The notes below the pieces were generated by a model, which was not told where the DNA came from, did not search any database, and saw only the letters and a program-made list of their open reading frames with translations. From NCBI GenBank assembly GCA_965223295.1, contig CBDCWC010000002.1, forward strand, positions 32,001-96,000: a stretch of 64,000 bases of DNA, given 5' to 3'. Source of the DNA: Nitrospirales bacterium. GTDB taxonomy: Bacteria; Nitrospirota; Nitrospiria; Nitrospirales; UBA8639. Numbering within the stretch: the stretch's first letter is position 1; each line of letters starts with the position of its first letter. Shown piece after piece: positions 53,001 through 64,000 of this stretch. A program made the translations under genes and the position numbers.

Positions 53001-56000
53001 CCTCCGCGACCGGGAACTTTGTCCAAGGGAATTTCATTGGAACAGATATTACCGGAACATTAGCGCTTGGCAATGGGGATGGGGTTCGGATTGAAAATGG
53101 GGCGAGTAATAATACCATTGGCGGTTCCACCGCTGGAGTACGCAATATTATTTCAGGCAATACGAGTGACGGGATTGAAATATCTGGAGCAACTTCCACG
53201 GGCAACATTGTGCAGGGTAATTATATTGGTACGGACGTGACCGGCACAGTTGATCTGGGAAATAATGTGGCCGGTATTCGGCTCAATGGGGCGAATAATA
53301 TTATTGGTGGGACGACGGCCGGAGAGGGCAATGTGATTGCTGGGAATAGTTCTGGGATTACCATTGCCTCAACCGATGCGACGGGGAACACGATTGAAGG
53401 GAATTATATTGGCACGGATGCCACGGGTACGGCGGCATTGGGAAATTCGTTTGGTATTTGGGTGACGGCAGGGTCAAGCAACGTTATTGGGGGCACCGTA
53501 TCTGGAGCGGGTAATGTAATTGCCGGGAATACCAATCATGGTATTTATCTGCTTGGAAGTGGGACAACAGGAAACCTTGTTCAGGGAAATTATATCGGCA
53601 CGACGTCTGGAAGCCTTGCCCTTGGTAATGGTGGAGCTGGGGTGTTTGTGAGTAGTGGAGCGTCAAGCAATATCATTGGCGGAACGAGTGTTGGTGCGCG
53701 CAATGTGATATCTGGTAATACAAGTGATGGAATCTATGTTACTGGGGCAGGGACAGACGACAACGTCATTCAGGGTAATTTTATTGGGACGAATGTGGCT
53801 GGAACTGCGGCCCTTGGGAATGGTGATCGAGGTATTCAAATCGAAGATAACGCCTCCAATACGCAAATTGGTGGCACTGCAGCTGGTGCGGGTAATGTGA
53901 TTTCTGGGAATAGCAACGATGGCATCATCCTATCGAATTCCTCTACTGGCAGCATCATTGAGGGGAATTTTATTGGCACTGATCTGACCGGAACAACCAA
54001 TATTGGCAATGGCGCCTGGGGCATACGAATAACGAATTCCAGTGGTAACACCATAGGAGGAACAGAGGTTGATGCCGGAAACGCCATTGCGTACAACGCG
54101 CAAGCAGGTATCGGACTCCAGGACACGTCTGGTGCTGGCAATAGTATTCTCGGTAATGCGATCTACTTGAATTCGGGGATAGGGATTGATCTTGGAATTG
54201 ATGGCGTGACCGCTAATGATACGGGAGATGGGGATACGGGGCCTAATGATCTGCAAAATTTCCCGGTGTTAACTTCCGTGTACACAGATGGGTCCAATCT
54301 GAATGTGATTGGTACTTTTAACAGCACGGCCAGCACGACCTATCGCATCGAATTTTTTGCCAGTACGACGGCGGATGGCTCAGGCTATGGAGAAGCGGAA
54401 CGCTATCTCGGCTTTGCCACGGTCACGACTGATGGAAGTGGCAATGCCATCTTCAATGCCACGCTCGCTGCAGCTGTAGGCCTTGGCGAATTTGTCACGG
54501 CCACGGCTACAGTTGATCTTGGTGGAGGCAATTATGAGAATACGTCGGAGTTTGCCGCTAACGTAGCAGCGGGAAATCCAATTCCCTTCATTGACCTTGA
54601 TGCTGATGACAGTTCGGGTGCCGGCATCACCAACTTCGTGACGAGTTTTACAGAAGACGGTGGGCCAGTCACATTGGCCGATAGTGATGCTACCCTTACG
54701 GACCTGGATAGCGCCAATCTCACTTCTCTTACTGTCACGATTACCAACTTACAGGATGGAGCTTTTGAACTCTTAGCGGCTGATACAACGGGGACCAATA
54801 TCACCGCGAGCTATGATAGTGGGACAGGCGTTCTCACATTGAGTGGTACGGATACCGTCGCCAATTATGAACAGGTGTTGCGCACCGTCATGTATGACAA
54901 CACCTCTGATAGCCCAACAACAACGACCAGGGTCATTCAGTTTCAAGCCAACGACGGGACCTACTCAGGAAATGTTGCGACCACGAATCTTACGGTAACT
55001 GCCGTCAATGATGCGCCGGTGAACACGGTACCGGGCGCGCAGACGGTGGCGGAAGATACCTCGCTGGCTATCAGTGGCATTTCCGTGACCGATGTGGACG
55101 GCAACCTCTCGACGGTGCAGCTGAGCGTGACGAACGGGACCTTAAACGTCACGCTCTCGGGCAGTGCTACGATCAGCGCGGGAGCCAATGGGAGTAATAC
55201 CCTGACGCTCTCGGGGTCCCATGCTGACATCAATGCGACGTTGACGTCGCTGAGCTATCAAGGGACCCTGAACTATACCGGCAGCGATACGCTGACCATC
55301 ACGAGCACGGATGGTAACTCGGCGACGGATGTGGACACGGTGGCCATCACGGTGACCAACGTGGATGATGCGGCGACCATTGGCGGGCAGACGAGCTACA
55401 GTGGCAACGAAGGCGACGTGGGCAGCGGCACCATGACGGCCACCGACCCGGATGGGCTGACCGACGGGACGTACTTCACGGTGACGACGCCGGCCAGTAA
55501 CGGCACCGCGGCCATTGACCCAGCGACGGGCGCGTGGACGTTTACGCCGACCGACCCCAACTGGTTTGGAACGGACAGCTTCACGGTGACGGTGACGGAC
55601 GATCAAGGGGGCACGACCACGCAAGTGATCTCGGTGACCCTCGCCAACGTGGATGATGCGGCGACCATTGGCGGGCAGACGAGCTACAGTGGCAACGAAG
55701 GCGACGTGGGCAGCGGCACCATGACGGCCACCGACCCGGATGGGCTGACCGACGGGACGTACTTCACGGTGACGACGCCGGCCAGTAACGGCACCGCGGC
55801 CATTGACCCAGCGACGGGCGCGTGGACGTTTACGCCGACCGACCCCAACTGGTTTGGAACGGACAGCTTCACGGTGACGGTGACGGACGATCAAGGGGGC
55901 ACGACCACGCAAGTGATCTCGGTGACCCTCGCCAACGTGGATGATGCGGCGACCATTGGCGGGCAGACGAGCTACAGTGGCAACGAAGGCGACGTGGGCA

Positions 56001-59000
56001 GCGGCACCATGACGGCCACCGACCCGGATGGGCTGACCGACGGGACGTACTTCACGGTGACGACGCCGGCCAGTAACGGCACCGCGGCCATTGACCCAGC
56101 GACGGGCGCGTGGACGTTTACGCCGACCGACCCCAACTGGTTTGGAACGGACAGCTTCACGGTGACGGTGACGGACGATCAAGGGGGCACGACCACGCAA
56201 GTGATCTCGGTGACCCTCGCCAACGTGGATGATGCGGCGACCATTGGCGGGCAGACGAGCTACAGTGGCAACGAAGGCGACGTGGGCAGCGGCACCATGA
56301 CGGCCACCGACCCGGATGGGCTGACCGACGGGACGTACTTCACGGTGACGACGCCGGCCAGTAACGGCACCGCGGCCATTGACCCAGCGACGGGCGCGTG
56401 GACGTTTACGCCGACCGACCCCAACTGGTTTGGAACGGACAGCTTCACGGTGACGGTGACGGACGATCAAGGGGGCACGACCACGCAAGTGATCTCGGTG
56501 ACCCTCGCCAACGTGGATGATGCGGCGACCATTGGCGGGCAGACGAGCTACAGTGGCAAGAAGGCGACGTGGGCAGCGGCACCATGACGGCCACCGACCC
56601 GGATGGGCTGACCGACGGGACGTACTTCACGGTGACGACGCCGGCCAGTAACGGCACCGCGGCCATTGACCCAGCGACGGGCGCGTGGACGTTTACGCCG
56701 ACCGACCCCAACTGGTTTGGAACGGACAGCTTCACGGTGACGGTGACGGACGATCAAGGGGGCACGACCACGCAAGTGATCTCGGTGACCCTCGCCAACG
56801 TGGATGATGCGGCGACCATTGGCGGGCAGACGAGCTACAGTGGCAACGAAGGCGACGTGGGCAGCGGCACCATGACGGCCACCGACCCGGATGGGCTGAC
56901 CGACGGGACGTACTTCACGGTGACGACGCCGGCCAGTAACGGCACCGCGGCCATTGACCCAGCGACGGGCGCGTGGACGTTTACGCCGACCGACCCCAAC
57001 TGGTTTGGAACGGACAGCTTCACGGTGACGGTGACGGACGATCAAGGGGGCACGACCACGCAAGTGATCTCGGTGACCCTCGCCAACGTGGATGATGCGG
57101 CGACCATTGGCGGGCAGACGAGCTACAGTGGCAACGAAGGCGACGTGGGCAGCGGCACCATGACGGCCACCGACCCGGATGGGCTGACCGACGGGACGTA
57201 CTTCACGGTGACGACGCCGGCCAGTAACGGCACCGCGGCCATTGACCCAGCGACGGGCGCGTGGACGTTTACGCCGACCGACCCCAACTGGTTTGGAACG
57301 GACAGCTTCACGGTGACGGTGACGGACGATCAAGGGGGCACGACCACGCAAGTGATCTCGGTGACCCTCGCCAACGTGGATGATGCGGCGACCATTGGCG
57401 GGCAGACGAGCTACAGTGGCAACGAAGGCGACGTGGGCAGCGGCACCATGACGGCCACCGACCCGGATGGGCTGACCGACGGGACGTACTTCACGGTGAC
57501 GACGCCGGCCAGTAACGGCACCGCGGCCATTGACCCAGCGACGGGCGCGTGGATCGTTTACGCCGACCGACCCCAACTGGTTTGGAACGGACAGCTTCAC
57601 GGTGACGGTGACGGACGATCAAGGGGGCACGACCACGCAAGTGATCTCGGTGACCCTCGCCAACGTGGATGATGCGGCGACCATTGGCGGGCAGACGAGC
57701 TACAGTGGCAACGAAGGCGACGTGGGCAGCGGCACCATGACGGCCACCGACCCGGATGGGCTGACCGACGGGACGTACTTCACGGTGACGACGCCGGCCA
57801 GTAACGGCACCGCGGCCATTGACCCAGCGACGGGCGCGTGGACGTTTACGCCGACCGACCCCAACTGGTTTGGAACGGACAGCTTCACGGTGACGGTGAC
57901 GGACGATCAAGGGGGCACGACCACGCAAGTGATCTCGGTGACCCTCGCCAACGTGGATGATGCGGCGACCATTGGCGGGCAGACGAGCTACAGTGGCAAC
58001 GAAGGCGACGTGGGCAGCGGCACCATGACGGCCACCGACCCGGATGGGCTGACCGACGGGACGTACTTCACGGTGACGACGCCGGCCAGTAACGGCACCG
58101 CGGCCATTGACCCAGCGACGGGCGCGTGGACGTTTACGCCGACCGACCCCAACTGGTTTGGAACGGACAGCTTCACGGTGACGGTGACGGACGATCAAGG
58201 GGGCACGACCACGCAAGTGATCTCGGTGACCCTCGCCAACGTGGATGATGCGGCGACCATTGGCGGGCAGACGAGCTACAGTGGCAACGAAGGCGACGTG
58301 GGCAGCGGCACCATGACGGCCACCGACCCGGATGGGCTGACCGACGGGACGTACTTCACGGTGACGACGCCGGCCAGTAACGGCACCGCGGCCATTGACC
58401 CAGCGACGGGCGCGTGGACGTTTACGCCGACCGACCCCAACTGGTTTGGAACGGACAGCTTCACGGTGACGGTGACGGACGATCAAGGGGGCACGACCAC
58501 GCAAGTGATCTCGGTGACCCTCGCCAACGTGGATGATGCGGCGACCATTGGCGGGCAGACGAGCTACAGTGGCAACGAAGGCGACGTGGGCAGCGGCACC
58601 ATGACGGCCACCGACCCGGATGGGCTGACCGACGGGACGTACTTCACGGTGACGACGCCGGCCAGTAACGGCACCGCGGCCATTGACCCAGCGACGGGCG
58701 CGTGGACGTTTACGCCGACCGACCCCAACTGGTTTGGAACGGACAGCTTCACGGTGACGGTGACGGACGATCAAGGGGGCACGACCACGCAAGTGATCTC
58801 GGTGACCCTCGCCAACGTGGATGATGCGGCGACCATTGGCGGGCAGACGAGCTACAGTGGCAACGAAGGCGACGTGGGCAGCGGCACCATGACGGCCACC
58901 GACCCGGATGGGCTGACCGACGGGACGTACTTCACGGTGACGACGCCGGCCAGTAACGGCACCGCGGCCATTGACCCAGCGACGGGCGCGTGGACGTTTA

Positions 59001-61027
59001 CGCCGACCGACCCCAACTGGTTTGGAACGGACAGCTTCACGGTGACGGTGACGGACGATCAAGGGGGCACGACCACGCAAGTGATCTCGGTGACCCTCGC
59101 CAACGTGGATGATGCGGCGACCATTGGCGGGCAGACGAGCTACAGTGGCAACGAAGGCGACGTGGGCAGCGGCACCATGACGGCCACCGACCCGGATGGG
59201 CTGACCGACGGGACGTACTTCACGGTGACGACGCCGGCCAGTAACGGCACCGCGGCCATTGACCCAGCGACGGGCGCGTGGACGTTTACGCCGACCGACC
59301 CCAACTGGTTTGGAACGGACAGCTTCACGGTGACGGTGACGGACGATCAAGGGGGCACGACCACGCAAGTGATCTCGGTGACCCTCGCCAACGTGGATGA
59401 TGCGGCGACCATTGGCGGGCAGACGAGCTACAGTGGCAACGAAGGCGACGTGGGCAGCGGCACCATGACGGCCACCGACCCGGATGGGCTGACCGACGGG
59501 ACGTACTTCACGGTGACGACGCCGGCCAGTAACGGCACCGCGGCCATTGACCCAGCGACGGGCGCGTGGACGTTTACGCCGACCGACCCCAACTGGTTTG
59601 GAACGGACAGCTTCACGGTGACGGTGACGGACGATCAAGGGGGCACGACCACGCAAGTGATCAGCGTGACGTTGGCGAACGTGAACGATGGGCCAGTGGC
59701 GAACGACGATAGTTTTACCACTCTAGAAGACACTCCGATTTCTGCAACACTTGGGACAGGAGTCTTAGCCAATGATACCGATGTGGATGGAGATTCGTTA
59801 ACCGTTAACACAATTCCTATCATGGACGTCTCAAATGGGGCATTAGTTCTGAATACCGATGGCAGCTTTACCTATACACCGAATATCGGCTGGAGTGGAA
59901 CGGATACCTTTACCTATCAGATTACGGATGGTAATGGAGGCAGTGCGCAGGCCACCGTGACCCTTACGGTAGTCAGTGTGAACGATTCCCCGGTCTTCAC
60001 GTCGCATGGTGGTGGAGCCACCGCTGGTGTCAGCGTTGCGGAGAATCTGACCAATGTGGCGGCCATGACGGCGATGGATCCCGATGGGGATCCCTTGACC
60101 TATAGCATTGTGGGAGGCGAGGATGCCGCTCGTTTCACGGTCGATGCGACGACAGGGGCACTAAGGTTTATGAGCGCTCCAGATTTTGAGCATCCAACTG
60201 ACGTCGGCGGAGACAATGTGTATGAAGTGCAGGTGCAGGTGAGTGATGGGCGGGGGGGTGCGACTCTCCAAACGCTAACCGTGTCGGTGACGGACGTCGC
60301 GGAGGGCTTGGTCCTGCTACCGGATCCCACCCCGGATCCCACTCCGGAGCCGACGCCGGAACCAGAGCTGATGCCCGAGGTAGAGGCCGAAATAGCAATG
60401 TTGGCACCCAGTGGTTCCGGGGGAGAAGGCGAGGGGAGCCGCGAAGGGACATATGCGGAGCTAGCCAGTCGAGGGCTGGAAGACCAAGCCCAGGTTGGAA
60501 CCGACCGTGAGGTGGTGGATGTGCGGAACTTGCCGCCGCTACTGCGACCAGGGGCCTGGGCCACCACGTCCGACCAGATTCGGTCCTATTATCCCGATCC
60601 GGTAGATATGACGAAAACAGCATTGCCGACTGAATTTCTTCAGCAATTGAGTACATTTTCCGATGAATTAGGAGAGACAATGGACGAGCAGACCACGGCC
60701 CGGTCCATGTTCGTGAACATGGTGAAGAGTACGGGGCTGGCGCTGTGGACAGGAATTGTGGCTTGGATGGTCCGAGGCGGCGCGTTACTAACAGGCTTGA
60801 TGGCAGCGGCTCTCCCGGCGTGGCGGCAGTTTGATCCGGTGCCGATTCTGCGGATGGATAAAAAGGACCAGGAAGCCTGGTCTCGCCGAGTGAAGGAAGC
60901 GGCCACAATGGAAGCCCGAGAACATCAGGGGTTAGATCAGATTCTTCAGGATGCGGGTAAAGAATCCTCTCCGTCTACATACGAAACGTCATCTGCGAAG
61001 AATACAAAATTCACATCACAGTCTTAG
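44021..61027 (+). CDS. Giant surface protein B (~5,668 aa after correcting two compensating indels): LEPR motif, DUF4347, 5 LamG/pentraxin-like domains, Ig/cadherin domains, long beta-helix, 15 VCBS-like repeats, Pro linker, C-terminal hydrophobic motif
   Basis: ORFs 44021-56587, 56569-57672 and 57530-61027 join across a missing C after 56559 and an extra T at 57554; total span 17007 nt is divisible by 3. Confidence 0.9.
55358..59677 (+). repeat. Tandem array of 15 x 288 bp (96 aa Ig/VCBS-like) near-identical units
   Basis: Unit NVDDAATIGG...DSFTVTVTDDQGGTTTQVISVTLA. Units look identical at nucleotide level except two single-base indels and synonymous changes in the last ~15 nt. Confidence 0.97.
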
Positions 61028-61072
61028 TTCACGACTCATCGTATTTTCTCAGCGAAGTTGTTCCTTGAGAGG

Positions 61073-61194
61073 GGGTCGGTTCAAAAAAGTCCGTCCAACA
61101 AGGCCACAGCCATTTTTGCGCGCGGAGCGTGCTGGTCCTACGTGAGCAAGGAAAAAGGGCGAGAACGCCGCTGACAGCTTTTTTCAACAGACCC
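61073..61194 (+). mobile_element. MITE family A, 122 bp unit
   Basis: Same length as and highly similar to 3225-3346; ends GGGTCGGTTCAAAAAAG...CTTTTTTCAACAGACCC. Confidence 0.85.
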
Positions 61195-61683
61195 CTGTTG
61201 GTATCAGGCTCTTGGGCCACAACCTCTGACCAAATTCAAGCTAACTACCCGGATCCGGTGGATATGACAAAAACAGCATAGCCGACCGAATTCCTTCAGC
61301 GATTGAATTCGTTTTCCGATGAATGAAGGAAGAACCTGCAAGAAGAGACAGGTGCCTGCTCCATGTTGGTCAATATGGTAAAGAATCAGGGGGTGGTGCC
61401 CTCAACCGAGATTGTAGCCTGGATGGTTCGAGTTGGCATGTTGCTGACGAGGTTTATGGAGGCGGCAGTTCCAGCCTGTCGCCAATTTGATCCAGTGCCG
61501 ATATTGGGCATGGGTAAAAAGGGCCGAGAAACCTGGATCCGACGAGTAAAGGAAACCGCAACAATGGAACGTTGCAAATACCAAGGATTAGACCAAATTC
61601 TTCAAAAAGCTGAGAAAGAGGCACCGGCTTTGATTTTGGGAAAGACTGCATCAGATACGCCGCGAACGATGACTTTCTCATGA
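61192..61683 (+). pseudogene. Decayed paralogous 3' end of a giant surface protein
   Basis: Colinear with about 60536-61027 (WATTSDQI...YPDPVDMTKTA...VAWMVR...RQFDPVPIL...GLDQILQ); in-frame stops TAG 61279 and TGA 61324; final TGA overlaps the cyclase ATG. Confidence 0.88.
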
Positions 61684-63191
61684 AGCGTCCTACTCCACTA
61701 CTTTGGATTAGTTTTGGCCTTGTTTCGCTTACGCTCAGTATCCTTTTAATGAGCGACCTAGCCGTTGATTTGATCCCTGATCAAGCCGTCGAAATTTTTG
61801 AATATCGACAAAAATATAGCGAGGCTCTTGCGGTGCAATATTCTTTGTTGGCAGAAAATGGGGATAGTCGCGCGATTCAAGAAGCCTTTGATCTCTTAGT
61901 GGAACGGAATGACGATATCCTGTCTGCTGCGGTTGTCCTAAGTGACGGGGATCTGTTGGCCTTTGCTGGAAGGCATCAGGAGGTCTGGGAACAGCCGCCG
62001 GGTGATTCTTCAACTTCTGACCACATTCAAGTTCCAATTTTCAATGGGGCAGACCGCTGGGGAACGGTTCAACTCCGGTTTCGTACGCTTGAGAATGGTA
62101 GTTGGAGTGAGTGGCTCAACGATCCATGGACTCGATTTTTAGGTATGGTGGTAGGAGCAACGTTTTTGGGGTATTTTTTGTATATGAAACGGACTCTTCG
62201 CCAACTTGATCCCAGTGCAGTGGTGCCTCTGCGGGTGAAGGCCGCTTTTGATGTGCTGACCGAAGGCGTAGTGTTATTGAACAATCAAGGAGACATTGTG
62301 TTGGCTAACCGTGCTTTTGGGAAAGTTGTGAATCAAGATCCCAGTGAGATGCTCGGGAAGCGTTTAGATGAATTTTCCTGGACCTCGGTTCCTCCGGCGC
62401 CACCCTTAACGCAATTACCGTGGGTTACGGCTCGACAGGATAAGTGCTTGGAGTTGGATGTGCCCATCATGCTTCCTGATCCTTCAGGCAAGTTACTGAA
62501 ATTTCGTGTCAATTGTACGCCGATTTTGAATGAACAAGAACGGGTCCAGGGGATGTTAGTGTCGCTTGATGACGTAACCAAGCTGGAAGAAACGATTCGC
62601 GAGTTAGAATCTTCCAAAGCCGAGTTAGAAACCTTGGCAATGCGTGATCCTCTTACTGGGTGTTTTAATCGCCGTGCCCTGTTTGAAGCCTTTGAAGATC
62701 TTTGCAGGGTAAGCCTTGCTAGCGGACAAGATCTTGGATGTATTATGACGGATATTGACCATTTCAAATCCTTTAATGATCGATTTGGTCATGCTGTTGG
62801 AGACCAGGTCATTCAAGTCGTCTCGAATATCCTCACTGAGACGATAAGGCCAACCGACATTATTAGTCGGTATGGGGGAGAGGAATTCTGTATCTTATTG
62901 CCTGGGCAAGGTCCAGAGGGAACAGCAATGGCGGCTGAACGTCTTCGTCTTGCTGTCGAAACTCAGGCTAACCAAATCATTCGGACAACCCATTCAACCA
63001 AGATTACCATGAGTTTTGGTATTTCCTGTTTATCCCTAGGTTCGGCTGATGCATTAGAACTTGTCGATCAAGCGGATAAAGGTCTCTATGCGGCAAAACA
63101 GGGAGGGAGGAATCAGGTCGGACAGTGGACCCACACGGGTCCAGTAGCCGGATCGCTCTCTGCCGAAGAACTTGTCAGATTTTTATCGTGA
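61680..63191 (+). CDS. Membrane diguanylate cyclase (TM-sensor-TM-PAS-GGDEF)
   Basis: DPLTG..NRR, DIDHFKSFND.FGH..GD, RPTD I-site, RYGGEEF intact; N-terminus homologous to the kinase at 29410-31926. Confidence 0.95.
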   Translation: MKRPTPLLWISFGLVSLTLSILLMSDLAVDLIPDQAVEIFEYRQKYSEALAVQYSLLAENGDSRAIQEAFDLLVERNDDILSAAVVLSDGDLLAFAGRHQEVWEQPPGDSSTSDHIQVPIFNGADRWGTVQLRFRTLENGSWSEWLNDPWTRFLGMVVGATFLGYFLYMKRTLRQLDPSAVVPLRVKAAFDVLTEGVVLLNNQGDIVLANRAFGKVVNQDPSEMLGKRLDEFSWTSVPPAPPLTQLPWVTARQDKCLELDVPIMLPDPSGKLLKFRVNCTPILNEQERVQGMLVSLDDVTKLEETIRELESSKAELETLAMRDPLTGCFNRRALFEAFEDLCRVSLASGQDLGCIMTDIDHFKSFNDRFGHAVGDQVIQVVSNILTETIRPTDIISRYGGEEFCILLPGQGPEGTAMAAERLRLAVETQANQIIRTTHSTKITMSFGISCLSLGSADALELVDQADKGLYAAKQGGRNQVGQWTHTGPVAGSLSAEELVRFLS

Positions 63192-63301
63192 AGATGCCCA
63201 GTGAACGAAAAATCTTGGGAGAAGGTGTCTGCCGGAAATTATCAACGTAGATAGGGTAGGGAGGATTTTTCGCGGGTTGCTCTTTGTGGAGTGTGCCGCT
63301 A

Positions 63302-64000
63302 TCACGTTTGAGGCTTCATGGCATGGTGCAAAGTGTCGGTGATCCATAGGTTAAAAAATCGGCGAGCGGATTGGTGGTAGTCGTTGAGTTTTGTTTGAAC
63401 ATCCGCTAAGGCGAATTGCCCCTCAACAAAAAAGTCGTGATCAATAAGATACCCCATTTCTTTGACGGGCTGGGCAATGGGGACCAAGCCGTGCCGTACA
63501 CAAACCAAATCGTTTCCTCCATTTAATCCCATAAGCACTTCACTGTGTGTTGCCTTCATTTCTCCAGCTGTTCCTGCCCAAGCTAAATCGCCTGTCCATT
63601 TAGTTTGGAGGAGGTGTGTCCATTCTTTCTTTGCCACGCCCAAAGCTGATTTGCGTATGATGTTGCGGAAACGTAAGCCGACTCGCGATAAAAATTGTGG
63701 GGGATATTCTTTCTCGAAAGCTGTCAGAGATTCTTGAAAGTATTGCGAAAAATTCTCCCATCCCTCGTATTGCCTGGCGACCAGAGTCAGGGCGCCTTTT
63801 CCTAACACAAGTTGTTTGCGTTGATCGGCACTTGTGAAATTATAAGCAGTTTTATCTTGTGTGAGGGAGAACATCGGTAGTTTGGCCTTAACCTTTTCTT
63901 GAAATCCTACAGGAGGAGCGGCTGAAATTTTCAGATTTTGGGGGAAAGTCAATTGACAGGTGACATCAATTAACGGGGCGTTTTCGTAGGTAACGGAAGA
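63302..64000 (-). CDS. TIGR04255-like protein (5' end beyond window)
   Basis: Frame open to the window edge: YENAPLIDVTCQLTFP...YEGWENF...RVGLRFRNII...YLIDHDFF. Confidence 0.8.
   Translation of the reverse strand, partial: SSVTYENAPLIDVTCQLTFPQNLKISAAPPVGFQEKVKAKLPMFSLTQDKTAYNFTSADQRKQLVLGKGALTLVARQYEGWENFSQYFQESLTAFEKEYPPQFLSRVGLRFRNIIRKSALGVAKKEWTHLLQTKWTGDLAWAGTAGEMKATHSEVLMGLNGGNDLVCVRHGLVPIAQPVKEMGYLIDHDFFVEGQFALADVQTKLNDYHQSARRFFNLWITDTLHHAMKPQT

Noticed and set aside
55142-59656. Long antisense ORFs (448, 350, 721 aa) and repeated 62 aa ORFs
   Set aside because: Shadows of the GC-rich coding repeat on the + strand; Arg/Gly-rich with no independent signals.
55358-59677. Tandem array as a CRISPR or non-coding array
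   Set aside because: Unit is 288 bp, in frame, has no unique spacers, and no cas genes are present.
60536-61683. Duplicated 3' region as a diversity-generating retroelement TR/VR pair
   Set aside because: Differences are not adenine-specific, the copy has stop codons, and no reverse transcriptase is in the window.

Overview
Bacterial chromosomal window. Gene content and the style of the intergenic repeats suggest Nitrospirota (inference). Scattered single-base indels suggest a long-read assembly. The left part (1-25.6 kb) is mixed housekeeping and accessory DNA: arsR-arsC-acr3 with a clear operator palindrome, a TIR + DUF2130-like pair, an epimerase, a Tat-type intradiol dioxygenase, SET and O-methyltransferases, an OmpA + coiled-coil lipoprotein pair, gltA, sdhA-sdhB plus a CCG-domain anchor, and lipA. 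Three families of small non-coding repeats (MITE/REP-like) are interspersed. The right part (25.8-63.2 kb) is a roughly symmetrical locus and the main candidate novel system. Two paralogous giant surface proteins (about 1,560 aa and about 5,670 aa, the larger with a 15 x 288 bp near-perfect tandem array) flank an export cluster of TolC, two periplasmic adaptors and a site-2 (M50) protease-adaptor fusion, with no ABC ATPase or RND pump. Both giant proteins carry an N-terminal [11 protein letters not shown] motif + DUF4347 and a shared C-terminal hydrophobic motif. Each is followed by a membrane sensor with the same extracytoplasmic input domain. One sensor is a hybrid kinase leading to predicted c-di-GMP phosphodiesterases; the other is a diguanylate cyclase. 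Family names are from motif recognition by eye; no database searches were run.
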